From Zygophlyctis sp. KS116 (taxonomy: Eukaryota > Fungi > Chytridiomycota): a stretch of DNA of 29,643 nucleotides. The translations under genes and the position numbers were made by a program. Shown in pieces: positions 1 through 11,346 of the stretch. Position 1 is the first letter of the stretch. Every line of letters begins with the position of its first letter. The notes beneath the pieces are model-generated. The model worked only from the letters and a program-made list of their open reading frames with translations. It was not told the DNA's origin and searched no databases. The stretch spans positions 1 through 29,643 of the forward strand of contig BAAFSQ010000114.1 in the NCBI GenBank assembly GCA_054661495.1. The letters are read 5' to 3'.

Positions 1-480
1 AAGAAATGTGTGCTTAGATGGACTTGGGATGCACACCATATAAGTAAAGATAATCCTGAAAAATATGAAAATTGCATTGATGTTACTATCAATGGATCAG
101 CTAATGTTGTCAAAGTTGCCCAGTCTGAATCATCTTCTAAACCAAGTGATTCGGGAGTTATTCTGCCACAACCTTTGTCAAAGAGCCCTTCAGACGCCAT
201 TGTTGAAGAAAAACCAGCAGAGCCTGTTGCACGTCCGAATGATCAACATATGCCTGCCTCAAACTCTGCTTATCAACAGCCTCCTTTGGTCTCATCTGGA
301 AACAGTAATGATTGCAAATGCGATCTTTCTACAGAAGGTCCTATATACACTCAGTGTACTCCAGATGGAAATTACTGTACATGCTTTAGTGGTGCATGGA
401 GCTCTCTAGGAAAATTAAAGAGTAATTGTGCTCCTGGAACTTCCTGCAAACAATCCGGATCTCAGATTACTTGCGGATAG
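1..480 (+). CDS. 3' part of a secreted LPMO-like (chitin-active lytic polysaccharide monooxygenase-type) protein with a Ser/Pro linker and a C-terminal Cys-rich chitin-binding module (CBM19-like); 5' end lies outside the window
   Basis: Frame is open from base 1. KKCVLRWTWDAHH...EKYENCIDVTI resembles the C-terminal strands of LPMO domains (C-x-L-x-W-x-W...E-x-Y-x-N-C-x-D). A S/P/Q linker follows, then C..CFSGAW...CAPGTSC...TCG and TAG at 478-480. Confidence 0.6.
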   Translation, partial: KKCVLRWTWDAHHISKDNPEKYENCIDVTINGSANVVKVAQSESSSKPSDSGVILPQPLSKSPSDAIVEEKPAEPVARPNDQHMPASNSAYQQPPLVSSGNSNDCKCDLSTEGPIYTQCTPDGNYCTCFSGAWSSLGKLKSNCAPGTSCKQSGSQITCG

Positions 481-503
481 TGTTTTCTGAATAAAGATTA
501 AAA

Positions 504-1151
504 ATGATGATTTTAGTTTTATACTTTTTACTACATTCTTTGACACTTGCAGAGCGAACTCCTCAAGAGTCTGCTTCTCTAGCTAGAAATCTTTTGAAAA
601 CTTCAAAATTATGTAATCTTGCTACTATTATGAGCCAAACCGGACCAAATCCTGATCTTGATGGTAATTTAGATTATTTTGAAACTAGGATTTCCATTTT
701 CTTCTCTTGAATATATCTCTGATGACTGTCCTTCAACCGGACATCCATTTGTATTTCTAGTCTCTTGGGGAACTCATGCTAGAAACGTCAAATACAATGG
801 AAATGTATCAATAAGTCTTAAAGACACTCAATGGTATCATTCTCCTTCTAATTCAACTTCTCGAGGTCCAATGGATCATGCACGTTTAGTTCTGTTAGGG
901 AAACTAGTGCCTGTTCCTCTTCATCAGGTATTTATTATAATGATAATATTTAGAATGGTCATGTCTCTAATTGTTTCTTTAGTCAACATCCTGATGCCAA
1001 AGAATGGGTTGATGCTCATTTATTTCAGTTTTACCATCTTATTGTATCTAAAGTGTACTGGATTGGTGGATTTGGCGATGAGCATTATGTAGGATGGATA
1101 TCAGTACACGACTATCTATCATCATCTCATGCTATTCTTGAGCTAAACTGA
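504..1151 (+). CDS. Secreted CREG-like / pyridoxamine 5'-phosphate oxidase-like split-barrel protein
   Basis: Signal peptide MMILVLYFLLHSLTLA. Introns 664-688 (25 nt) and 928-953 (26 nt) join ARNLL...ATIM...GFPFSSLEY...RLVLLGKL...CFFSQHPDAKEW...VYWIGGFGDEHYVGWI; TGA at 1149-1151. Confidence 0.85.
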
Positions 1152-1194
1152 GAGAAATTATTTTAAATTTATTTGCGAATTTTGAGTTTAAGAA

Positions 1195-4091
1195 ATGGAT
1201 GCTGCACTAAAGGACTTGAAGAAAATAATTCCTCAATTGGGAGTTTATAAGCTAAGAGATTTAATCAAGGCCATTCGGTCCTGTAAGACTGCTGCAGACG
1301 AAAGAGCTGTAATTTCTAAAGAGTCTGCTTTTATTAGAACTTCATTCAAGGAAGAGAATGTGGACTTGAGAGCTATTAATGTCGCAAAGTTGCTATATAT
1401 TCATATGCTAGGATATCCTGCTCATTTTGGACAAATCGAATGCTTAAAACTCGTAGCGTCACCGCATTTCTCTGATAAGAGACTGGGATATCTAGGAACA
1501 ATGATGCTGTTGGATGAAAATCAGGAAGTGCTTACTCTAGTCACAAACTGCTTAAAAAATGATATGAATAATCCTAATATGTTTATTGTTAGTCTAGCAT
1601 TGTCAACGCTAGGAAATATCTCTTCTCAGGAAATGGCTAGAGATTTATCAAATGAAGTTGAAAGATTATTATCAAGTTCTAATACTTATATTAGGAAAAA
1701 AGTATTCTTTTTACAAGTAATTTTAGGCCGCTCTTTGTGCAATGCGTTTGGTAAAAAAGGTTCCTGATTTGGTTGAAAATTTTCTAAACAGAGCTAAACA
1801 TTTAATTAATGAAAAGAGTCATGCTCCTCTATTGACTGGATTAACATTGTTGATTGAAATGTGTAATTTAGACTCGAGCGTGATTCAGGAATTATTAACG
1901 GTAAAATTACTTTCTTAAGAAAAAGACTGTTCCAGCATTAGTTAAACATCTTAAAGGATTAGTAACTCCTGGCTATTCTCCAGAACATGATGTAAGTGGT
2001 ATTTCTGATCCGTTTTTACAAGTTAAACTGTTGAGATTATTGCGGATTTTAGGAAAAGGTAATGCAACTGCGTCTGAAGCAATGAATGACGTTCTTGCTC
2101 AGGTAGCTACAACGACAGAAGGGTCAAAAAATGTCGGAAATTCTATTCTTTATGAATGTGTTTTGACTATAATGGAGATTGAAAGTGATCCATCTTTGCG
2201 AGTCTTGGGTGTTAATATTCTTGGAAAATTCTTATCCAATAAAGATAATAATATAAAGTAAGTAATTGGATAGGATAATTTTAAAGATATGTGGCATTAA
2301 CTACCTTGACAAAGACTGCACAGTCTGCTTTGGCTGCGGATTCTTCGGCACTACAAAGACATCGCACAATCATTATTGAATGTTTACATGATCCAGATAT
2401 CTCAATTAAAAAAAGAGCACTAGACCTTTCTTTTCATTTGATGAATGCTACAAATGCTAGAGTATTAACTCGTGAATTGTTGGCCTTTCTTGAAGAATGT
2501 GATAGCGAGACAAAAACTTCTGTCTCTTCGAGAATTTGTGAATATGCGGGTAGATTTAGACCAAATCCAAGATGGGAATTAGATACGGTGATAAGAGTTT
2601 TACGTGTTGCCGGCGCATGGGTTGATCAGTGGGTTATAAATTATTTGGTGAAGCTTGTTTCAAATTGTAACCAAGAATTGCAACAATATGCAGTAAAAAA
2701 ATTATATCAGATATCGCTTTTAGATGGAGAAAAGGGTCTCTCTCAGCAAGGACTAGTTTTGGCACTGTTTTGGCATATTGGAGAGTATGGAGATTTATTA
2801 ATTATGCCAAACGCTCGATCAATGATTTCCGACGAAGAATCTGATGATGAATTCCAATTGCCAACACCTTTAGAGCCTGAGATTGTCGATCATATATCAA
2901 ATATAATGCGAGGGCCTCATGGTAGTAGATATGTGAAAGAATATGGCATAACGGCTTTGGCAAAGCTTTCGGCAAGATTCACAAATGGTTTCGTGATTGG
3001 GTATATTGTTGTTTTTTATTTTTTAGTCAGATAAAGCAGCTAATCAATCAATATGTCGCTGACATACAGATCGAGTTGCAACAAAGAGCCGTTGAATATG
3101 GTCAAATATTTGGATTCGATGCAGAGACTCGGTATGATTTTTTTCTAACCATTTAGAATAGGATTATTGGAAAAGATGCCCATTTTGGAAAGTTCTGTTA
3201 CCGAAGAGGGTAAAAAGGGCGCTGGTACTTCTGTTTCAGGTATATTTTCTGTTGAAATTAACTTTAGAATTGAGCCCTCTTCGAAAGCCTCAAAGTAAAA
3301 CGGATGACAGCTCTTCCGCAGCTACAGCTGCAGTTGCTGGTGGTGTTGACTTACTTGGATCATCTAATCTCTCAGCATCGTCCCCCATCAATAATGAGCA
3401 TACCTCTGATTTGTATAATTTGGTTTTTGGGGCAACTGATACGCCTCAAGTTGATCAAGTAAGACTTTTATATTTGATTAATTAGGTTCATGATGAAATT
3501 AAAAGCCTTAATATCGGTAATACTATTCAGGCCAACAAATCTGCTGAGATTTTAGGAGACTTGTTGAATTCTATTCCTGCCTCTACTACACCTATTTTGC
3601 CAATGACTACCACTGTAACTAATGTGTCGCCTGCTAGTAATCCTCAAAAGGCAAATATGGACACTCTTGATATTTTGAATGATTTACATACAACACAGTC
3701 TCATGTTATTTACGAAAAACAAGGACTACATATTGAATTATGCCCAAAAAAAGAATCTAGTACTTTAACTATTGTAGATGCAAACTTCACTTCATTAAAT
3801 GGAGCCACAATCACAGATATTGTTCTACAAGTTGCAGTTCCCAAGGTAATCTCGTAATTAGTTTTACAATAGTCACTGAAACTGATAATGTTTCCTCCAG
3901 ACTCTACAAGTGTTAAAGCAGGAAAAAGCGCCAAGCAATCCATGAAAATAGAAAATCCCAGCAAGGTATTATTGAAACTATTTTAATACAAGGTCCCAAT
4001 TCGCCTTAGACTTAAGCTTGCATTTTCAACTCCTGCAAAAGTTGAAGAGATGATTGAATTTTCTTCATTTGATAGCAATCTATGGAAATAA
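1195..4091 (+). CDS. APL4: AP-1 adaptor complex gamma subunit (gamma-adaptin)
   Basis: [67 protein letters not shown] and the ear-domain LQVAVPK. About 9 short introns, e.g. 1702-1726, 1901-1925, 3001-3026; TAA at 4089-4091. Confidence 0.97.
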
Positions 4092-4154
4092 CATCATAAA
4101 TGGCAAGCATGCCCTACCCTTTTTGGCCTTAAAAACATTGAAATATCTTATGAT

Positions 4155-5198
4155 ATGCTGAATACGGATATTAATGTATTTGAAATAAATGCTGCCAATA
4201 TTTGCGCACGGTTTATAAACTATGGAGCTACTCTAACCCATTTGAGTTTTGATGGCGTTGATGTGGTTTTAGGATTTAATGATCCCAAAGATTATGTGTC
4301 AGTTGCACAAAAGAGCAATCCGTATTTCGGATGTGTTGTCGGTCGTGTAGCCAATCGGTATGTTTGATAAGAATTAATTTCAGGATCAAAAATGGAATTA
4401 TTCAGTTGAATTCATCAGTCATTAAACTTGATTGCAACAATGGTCCAAATTCTCTCCACGGGGGAATAGTTGGCTTTGATAAGAAGTTATGGTCAGTAAA
4501 GGAATACGGTACAGATCATGTTTCATTTAGTCTCAGAAGTGAGTCAGGGGATCAAGGATATCCTGGTGAAATAGATGTAGTTGTCACATATACTATTTCT
4601 GAGAATGGACTTCAGATTGATTATCACGTTGAATGGACAGATTCAGACGTTAATGCTAACTTGGAAGAAACCGCCATAAATCTTACAAATCATTCTTATT
4701 TTAACCTCACAAATGAAGATGACATCAAAAAACATAGCTGCAAAATTAATGCTAAAGGATATCTTGAACTTGATGCAAATCAGATTCCTACCGGTAAGTT
4801 GATTTCGGTCAACAAAGATCCAGCTATGGATTACAAGCTCTGGTCACAAAACTTTTGGTCGAGATTTAGAATCTGTAAATCAATTTAGAGGATATGATCA
4901 TTTTTATCTCAGACAGGATATGGAATTTGGAATGGCTGCCAAGATTATTGGGAACGATTTATGTTTGGAATTATGGACAGACGCTCCAGGATTCCAGCTT
5001 TATACAGGGAATTGGTTGGATGGATCGTTTCAATCCAAAGATGGAAAAAAGGTATATGGAGAGTATTCAGGATTCTGTTTGGAAGCTTCATATCCTCCAG
5101 ACTCTTTGAATAGCTTAGAATGGAGAGATAAAGTCATCTTAAAAAAAGGAAAAGTATGGAAAAGGAGAGATCTATATAAAATATTTAAATGTGCCTAA
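4155..5198 (+). CDS. Aldose 1-epimerase (galactose mutarotase, GalM family) with an apparent +1 frame break near 4835
   Basis: NYGAT, DVVLGF, YFGCVVGRVANRI (intron 4358-4383), NSLHGG, GDQGYPG, NLTNHSYFNL, PTG; then in another frame GYDHFY, PGFQLYTGN, GFCLE. Confidence 0.9.
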
Positions 5199-6628
5199 AA
5201 TTGTGTCTGCGTGCAATAATTACAGTCAATGTGACAACAGCAAGAATAGTTATACCACTTTGCCAATATTTTTCACTAAATCTTTTTTTCTTGTCTAGAT
5301 TTATGTTATTTCTCCTCAGTAGCATTCTACCCATGTCAAAACATGAAATAAGTATTCCACGTGCGAATCCAATTCCTGGATGCGCAGCCTTTGAAACCTC
5401 TTCTAAAATTCGTGAAAGTAATCTCCTTCTTTTATCTCCAGGTAATCTAGTCGGACTTGTTGAATGGCCTGGACGATCAGGACTGGCAGATCGCATTGAT
5501 AAGTAACTATTAGAATAATGCAAATTTCTAGCGCTAGATCCAGTCCTTGACATTGCAACAGAAATTATTTTGTTTTTTGCTGGGCTAGAATGAAGCAGTA
5601 ATTGTAAATCCGCAGCAGACTTAATTTTAACATTAAATCCATGTTCACTCGCATCAAACCAAACTTCTTCTTCCATATCCTGCACACTTGAGTTCATAAC
5701 TGTTAATTCTTGGTAAATGTTTTGTATATCTTGATTAGATACATTTTGATCTAAAGAATCAATATTTTCCACTAATGCATCATGTATTAAAGAATTTATC
5801 TGTAATCTACCATCAAAAGCTATATATTAATTATTTATATCATCACCTTGTGGTATATTTTCTATTGAAATATATTTCTCAAGATCCGTCTTGTTCAAAA
5901 ACAATAACCTATCTTTAGTCTCTGAAGTAAGTAGAGGTTTGATAAAATTCCATATTCCTGAATGTACCCATCCATAATTTACCACATAAATAGACCCAAA
6001 AGATTGCGGGAAATGCTTACTAAATATTTGCCGTAAACAAGGCAAGTATTCCAGATTTAAATGACTAAATCCAAAATCTTGTACGTCTACTAAAACCGAG
6101 ACTTGAAAAAATAAATATCTAGAGTCATCAGAGTCATTCTGCTCTTGATTTAAAGTAAATACCAATCTTCGACACATTTCCATTGAAAATTGCAAGTGAG
6201 ATTGTAATTCTTCAGATGACATTCCTTGAACTTGGGCCATTTTTATATATAATAGTGGCCTTCCCTTCCGATCAACTCCATTTGTAATAATGCAGAATCC
6301 ATTTTCCAGACGCTGAATAGATTCCAAAGCCAGAGCTTCCAAAGCGAATGCAGCAACATCTGCTTCATGTCTCCATGCAAAGAAAGATATCAATGATGAT
6401 ACAGCTGCATCCAATTCAAACCCATGCTTTTTATAATGTCTAAAGAGAAATGCTACTGTAAGCAAATGTAAAAATACCTTTATCAGCTAAAACCATTGCA
6501 AGGTCGAATAGCTCCCGATCTGTTAGCGTCATCTGGGACATTATATCAGGCAATTCAGACATTAGTTTATCAAACAAAACACTCAATTGTGGCTCATGAT
6601 TAAGAAATAAATCAGCCATCGAATCCAT
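5185..6628 (-). CDS. CRAL-TRIO (Sec14-like) lipid-binding protein with an FFAT-like motif and a C-terminal transmembrane tail anchor
   Basis: ATG at 6628; introns 6456-6477 and about 5820-5846. GVDRKGRPLLYI, HFPQSFGSIYVVNYGWVHSGIWNFIKPLL, EEEVWFDASE and C-terminal GITILAVVTLTVIIARRH. Confidence 0.85.
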
Positions 6629-6629
6629 T

Positions 6630-8162
6630 TCAATTTTTCTTACTAAAAATTTCAAATCCATCAGCAGCTGCAGAGTCTAAAGAAAGTTTAGATAATGATG
6701 ATCCAAATAGAGACCCGAAAAGTTCCTCAGACATTTCATCATGCCAATCGCCTAATGGTATTGGCGCCATAAAGTTCTCTAATTTCTCATGTGCATCAAA
6801 TCGGATTTTTCTACCTTTTGATGCTCGAGTATCTACCAACTTTTTGTTCTTTTTTCTCTGGGCTTTTAGAGAAGCCCATTTCATTCCAAGTAAAGCTGGA
6901 TCATCTAATAATTTAAAAAAGTTATAAATTACCAGAGTCTGCTATTCTAGATTCAACAAGTTCCTTTAACATCTCTTGATAGAAATCATTGTCATCGTAA
7001 ATATACTCGTAATAGTTGGATAAGTTATCTGAATTTTGTGGATTTGTGGGTTCCGTTTCTCCTACACCAAGTATTTTATAGTCTGAGCGTTTTAAATGAG
7101 TACGCTTGATTAAACGATCTAAATCATTTTTTAAAGAATCTTGAATTTGAGATAAAGGAGACTAAATATTTAGAAAATAAAAAAACCTTACTTGGTTAAT
7201 AACTTTAAATTTCTTTTGATTTGATAATCCTCCGGCTGTTGTTTGAACCTTTTGATGCCATTTGTCTATAATTTGATTTCTAAATGGAATAAAACAATCT
7301 TTAAAGTCTTTAAGATCTTGCCATATCAAGTTTAAATTTGGAGATTCTTCATCATCTTGATAAGAATATTTTCTTTTAGGTGGACGAATACTGTTAGTAC
7401 TAGAGGATATTAGAGTCTATTTCCTTAATAAAATTAAAAATTACCTCTTGCATTGTTGATAATCTTTCAAGCAATTTGTATACTTTAGTAGAGGCTGATC
7501 TTGTTGCTTTTTGAATCTCTAAATCCTTTTGAATGCAATTTCTAAATGTTTCAGGAGCAGGAAGCTGATTTGAACTTTCCAAGATTTTTTGAAATCTAAT
7601 CCTTGTGTCTAACAATCCATCCCAAATTGTCTAAATTTACTTATAAAACTAGTCTTACCATTTGATTTTTTAAATGAGTTCCCTTTTCCAAGTCATTCTT
7701 TGCTGAATTTGAAAGCGATTTGATCATTTCCTCTTCTTCCTTTTGCATCTCTTTCAATTCAACTTCAATATTCAAGTTTTCAAAGTCTTCTTCTTCATCC
7801 AATTCTGAAGCGAATTCATGATCTGAATTAGTAGACACATGATCAGAGTCGCTTTGTTCAAAGTCATTGTTAAATTCTAAATCACTCTCTGAATTAAAAT
7901 CTTTTCTAGAGACTTTCTCTCCCTTATACTTTGGATCATTGATCTCTAGTTCTAGCCCATTTCTAATCTTTCCCTTTCTAGAGATCAGCTCATATAAATC
8001 TTACCCAACAGAAACATAATGCTCAACTGCAAGATCATTTTCAGACTCAAGATCAGATGCATCAGAGTCCGATAAAGCAATATTATCCATTAATGACTCT
8101 GGATCTAAGTCGGATGGCATGGGATTGGAAAAATCAGTCATTTGTCGCTGGAATTTTTTCAT
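6630..8162 (-). CDS. BFR2: BFR2/AATF (TRAUB domain) small-subunit processome protein
   Basis: HYVSVGKGKIR...DPKYKGEKVSR, acidic region, WDGLLDTRIRFQK, IYDDNDFYQEMLKELVE, VDTRASKGRKIRFDAHEKLENFMAP; several short introns. Confidence 0.95.
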
Positions 8163-8483
8163 TTTTAAGAAAAACTTCAATTTTCTTCAGTTTTGTTTAC
8201 ATAAATTATAAGTATTCATAAAATATTTATGGGTCATCATCATCTCTTGTTTCCCGAAATATGATTACAAGATCGGGGTGATGATTTTTGTGCTAGAGTG
8301 CGCGTGAGGATATTTGAGTATCGTAAGGTTTTAAATTAGGATCGTTTATGTTCAATTCTCACTGACAATCAAAATAAAACTGTCTCACATTAGCGATCAT
8401 TTAATAATGTTTGATGTTTGATATAGAAAGATGAAACATAGTCTCACAAAATGAAAATTTTCAGTGTTTCGTCTAAACTTAAA

Positions 8484-9151
8484 ATGCAATCAAATCATTT
8501 AATATCTTCATTCCTTTTAATTGTAAGCCATAATACTCACTAATAACTTAGAGTAGTGTAATAGCACAAACACAATCACAAATAGGGGGCCAAGCCCCTA
8601 TGGCCGGACAGCCAGCTTGGAATTTTGGCTCTAATGGACAGCAGGCTGTTCCTCAGTCATCAGGACAGACTGCTGGTAGTTGGCAAAATACACAATCTCA
8701 GCCTGTAATGGGAACTAATGCACAGCCAGTACAGCCGGTTCAGGCATCACAGCCAGTACAGCCTCAAAGTTGGCAGAATACACAATCTTCTGTTAGGGGA
8801 ACAACTAGCGGTCAGCAATTTTCAGGAGCAAATCCCATGTCCGGAACAGGGCAAGCACCTATTCTCCCTGGTAATAATGGGATATCACAAGGATCTTTTT
8901 CACAAGGAGCTGGGGCAAATGGAGTTAGTGGAGCTAACGGGGTAAATCAGGGAATTCCCATTGATAATGTTGGAGAATTGGCTGCAAATGGTGGATTTAC
9001 AGGAACTGCCCCCATGAATAACACTCCAAATGACCCATCTGTCCCGACAATTTCATCGCCGTCAGCTTCTCCATCAGCTACACGTACTAGTGCATCATTC
9101 AAAAACTTACCATCGATACTTGGACTATTCTTGGTTTTAATATTTTCTTGA
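8484..9151 (+). CDS. Secreted, probably GPI-anchored low-complexity Q/G/S/N-rich surface protein
   Basis: Signal exon MQSNHLISSFLLI, phase-0 intron 8523-8551, then SSVIA-Q. Internal QPVQ and SWQNTQS repeats; S/T stalk followed by hydrophobic terminus ILGLFLVLIFS. Confidence 0.8.
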
Positions 9152-9365
9152 TTTAAAACAAATGTTTTGCTTAATATTTTTTGCTTCTACATGATTATTC
9201 CCGTGAGTTGAGTCTATAAAATAATATGAATGAATGATCTTTAAGTAAGGGATGTATATCACTTAATTGTACACAAGTGTTTCAGTTTCAGTAATATTTG
9301 CTGTCTCATAAATTTTCTTTTAATTATCATTGATGTTAGTTTCACAAATTTTCACTACTACTTAA

Positions 9366-9908
9366 ATGTTTTTGATTATAAATGTGTTGTCGATGATGGT
9401 ACTTATTTAAAGACTGATGATATAGATGGTTTTGAATGCTCAGAATATGAACGGGGGCGGAATGGGTGGAATGCAAGGTGGCATGCAAGGTGGAATGGGT
9501 GGAATGCAAGGTGGCATGCAAGGTGGAATGGGTGGAATGCGAAATGGCATGAGCGGTATGGGTGGCATGCAAGGAGGAATGCAACCCGGTATGGGTGGAA
9601 TGCAATCAGGAATGGGTGGTATGCAAGGAGGAATGCAAGGAGGAATGCAAGGAGGAATGGGTGGTATGCAAGGAGGAATGCAAGGAGGAATGGGTGGCAT
9701 GCAAGGAGGAATGCAAGGAGGAATGGGTGGCATGCAAGGAGGAATGCAACCAGGTATGAATGGAATGGGTGGAATGAATAATGGAAATCCAGCCTTTTCC
9801 CCGCCAAATTTGAATTCCAAGAGTGAAGTGTTGACGCTTCTGCCTGGAACTCTATATATTTTATTCATGCAGTTTTTAGCTAGTGATTTTGCTTTCTTTT
9901 GTATTTAA
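9366..9908 (+). CDS. Secreted, probably GPI-anchored Gly/Met/Gln repeat protein
   Basis: Signal exon MFLIINVLSMM, phase-0 intron 9399-9425, then MVLNA-Q. About 110 aa of GGMQ/GGM repeats and a hydrophobic C-terminus. Confidence 0.8.
9453..9779 (+). repeat. Coding minisatellite of 12-bp (GGAGGAATGCAA-like) and 9-bp (GGTGGAATG-like) units
   Basis: Directly visible tandem units; variation is mostly at Gly third codon positions. Confidence 0.95.
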
Positions 9909-10106
9909 GCAGTATCCATCCTTTTTATCAATATATTGATCTTTTACCACAAGATTTAAATTAATGAGCGAAGTCATTCCTACTGGATAGTATAATGAAT
10001 ATCTGGACAATTTTTGATCGTCGTATTCATGAGGCAACGTTTCTGTGTCCGAAACATGAAAAATTTGGCGTTTCATCAGCTACTGAAAAACAACTCATTC
10101 CTAATC

Positions 10107-10774
10107 ATGCCGATTATGATCATAATGATAATGCTAATGGTAAAAAGATAATTATTAATGCTATAGCAATTCTCTACCGCCCAGCAGATGGGAAGCATGG
10201 GCTCTCAAATGAACAGTGCTCCGATGAATGGAGTGAATGGTATGAATGGTGCCAATTCAGGTATGATGGGAAATGGTAGTCCAATGAATAATAATGGGCA
10301 GCAGAACATGAATGGCGGATCGTCTTTTGTGAAGATGTCTGTATTTTCAAATATGAATTGTCAGAGTATGGTTATTAATGCTACATCTGTTGAAAGTGGA
10401 AAATGTTATACTTACTGTAAAATCTTGATATAACTAACCGATTAGCTGATATGTGCAGATCAAACAAATACTCAAAGCAGTTTTGTGATAGTCTGCCATC
10501 CAACATCAAATCTTCAAGTCTCAAATTCCAATGCACACCCAACGGAGTGCAAGGAAACTTTTTTTCGGACAGCAAATGCGCAACAACCATTTCAACTCCA
10601 GTGAATTCAAGTCCAGGAATCTGCAACCAAGGAATCATGTATACCTGTTCTGCAGTTGAAGAGCAAACTATAGTAAATGGAAATCCAAATCCTACATTTC
10701 TCTACAGCGATTCAAATAAGCTTAATTCTTCAGCCAGTTTAATAATGCTGTATTTCTATTTTGCGATACTGTAA
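10107..10774 (+). CDS. Secreted GPI-type protein: M/N/G-rich N-terminal segment fused to an 8-Cys domain (divergent member of the adjacent family)
   Basis: Signal exon MPIMIIMIMLM, intron 10140-10166, QFSTA-Q; second intron 10417-10445. Cys spacing C..GKCY..C..C..C..C..GIC..C matches the 10867-12665 genes; hydrophobic C-terminus. Confidence 0.8.
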
Positions 10775-10866
10775 TGATTGCAATAAATGAACCATCTAGT
10801 TTAGCTTTCATGACTCATAAGTAGCCTGTTCAAAAAATCCATTTATCAATTCAATTTATTGATAAC

Positions 10867-11346
10867 TTAAAGGAAAAGGAAGGCTAAAATCCCCGTAATC
10901 ATTCCAGGAATAGCAGCCAACCCGGCGGAACTTGCTTTTGCTTTAGCATTTGGATCATCACTGCATTGCAATTTAAAGTTTGCAAGGCAGACACCGGCAG
11001 GAATTTGTAAAGCAGTGCCATTTGCAATAGCTGTGGCAGGATTATCACATCCCTTTCCATTGAATGCAACGGCTGAAATCTTCCCTCCGGAACATGTTGC
11101 TTTGAAACTAAGATCGTCACCGAGAGTTTGAGCTTTAAGAAATTCACATTCAGGTGCCAAGGCTGGATTCGTTCCACATTCTTCCTTTGCATAATAGCAT
11201 TGTCCAGTGTTAATATTAGTTGTTCCTGAAGACTCTCCACCACATCCGGCGGCAGGAAAAGAATTTGCAACAATATACTTGTTTGATTGAGCATTCGCAG
11301 ACATAACTAATAGAGAAGCAGTAATGAGATTGAGTTTGGATTGCAT
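10867..11346 (-). CDS. Secreted GPI-type 8-Cys small protein, paralog 1 (intronless)
   Basis: Uninterrupted 159-aa ORF with signal peptide ending ANA-Q, 8 Cys, and SSAG followed by a hydrophobic tail. Confidence 0.85.
   Translation of the reverse strand: MQSKLNLITASLLVMSANAQSNKYIVANSFPAAGCGGESSGTTNINTGQCYYAKEECGTNPALAPECEFLKAQTLGDDLSFKATCSGGKISAVAFNGKGCDNPATAIANGTALQIPAGVCLANFKLQCSDDPNAKAKASSAGLAAIPGMITGILAFLFL

Noticed and set aside
4794-4817. GTAAGT...AAAG as a 24-nt intron in the epimerase
   Set aside because: It encodes the conserved PTGKLISV segment, and removing it does not fix the frame.
9453-9779. Possible CRISPR array
   Set aside because: No unique spacers; it is a coding tandem repeat in a eukaryotic gene.
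9342-9868. His-, Pro/Cys- and Cys/Glu-rich ORFs in other frames and on the minus strand of the GGMQ repeat
   Set aside because: These are shadow ORFs of a stop-free repeat. Only the GGMQ frame has a signal exon and synonymous-site variation.
9995-10076. Three small consecutive hairpins in the spacer before the 10107 gene
   Set aside because: Stems are only 5-7 bp and mostly AT-rich, as expected by chance at this composition.
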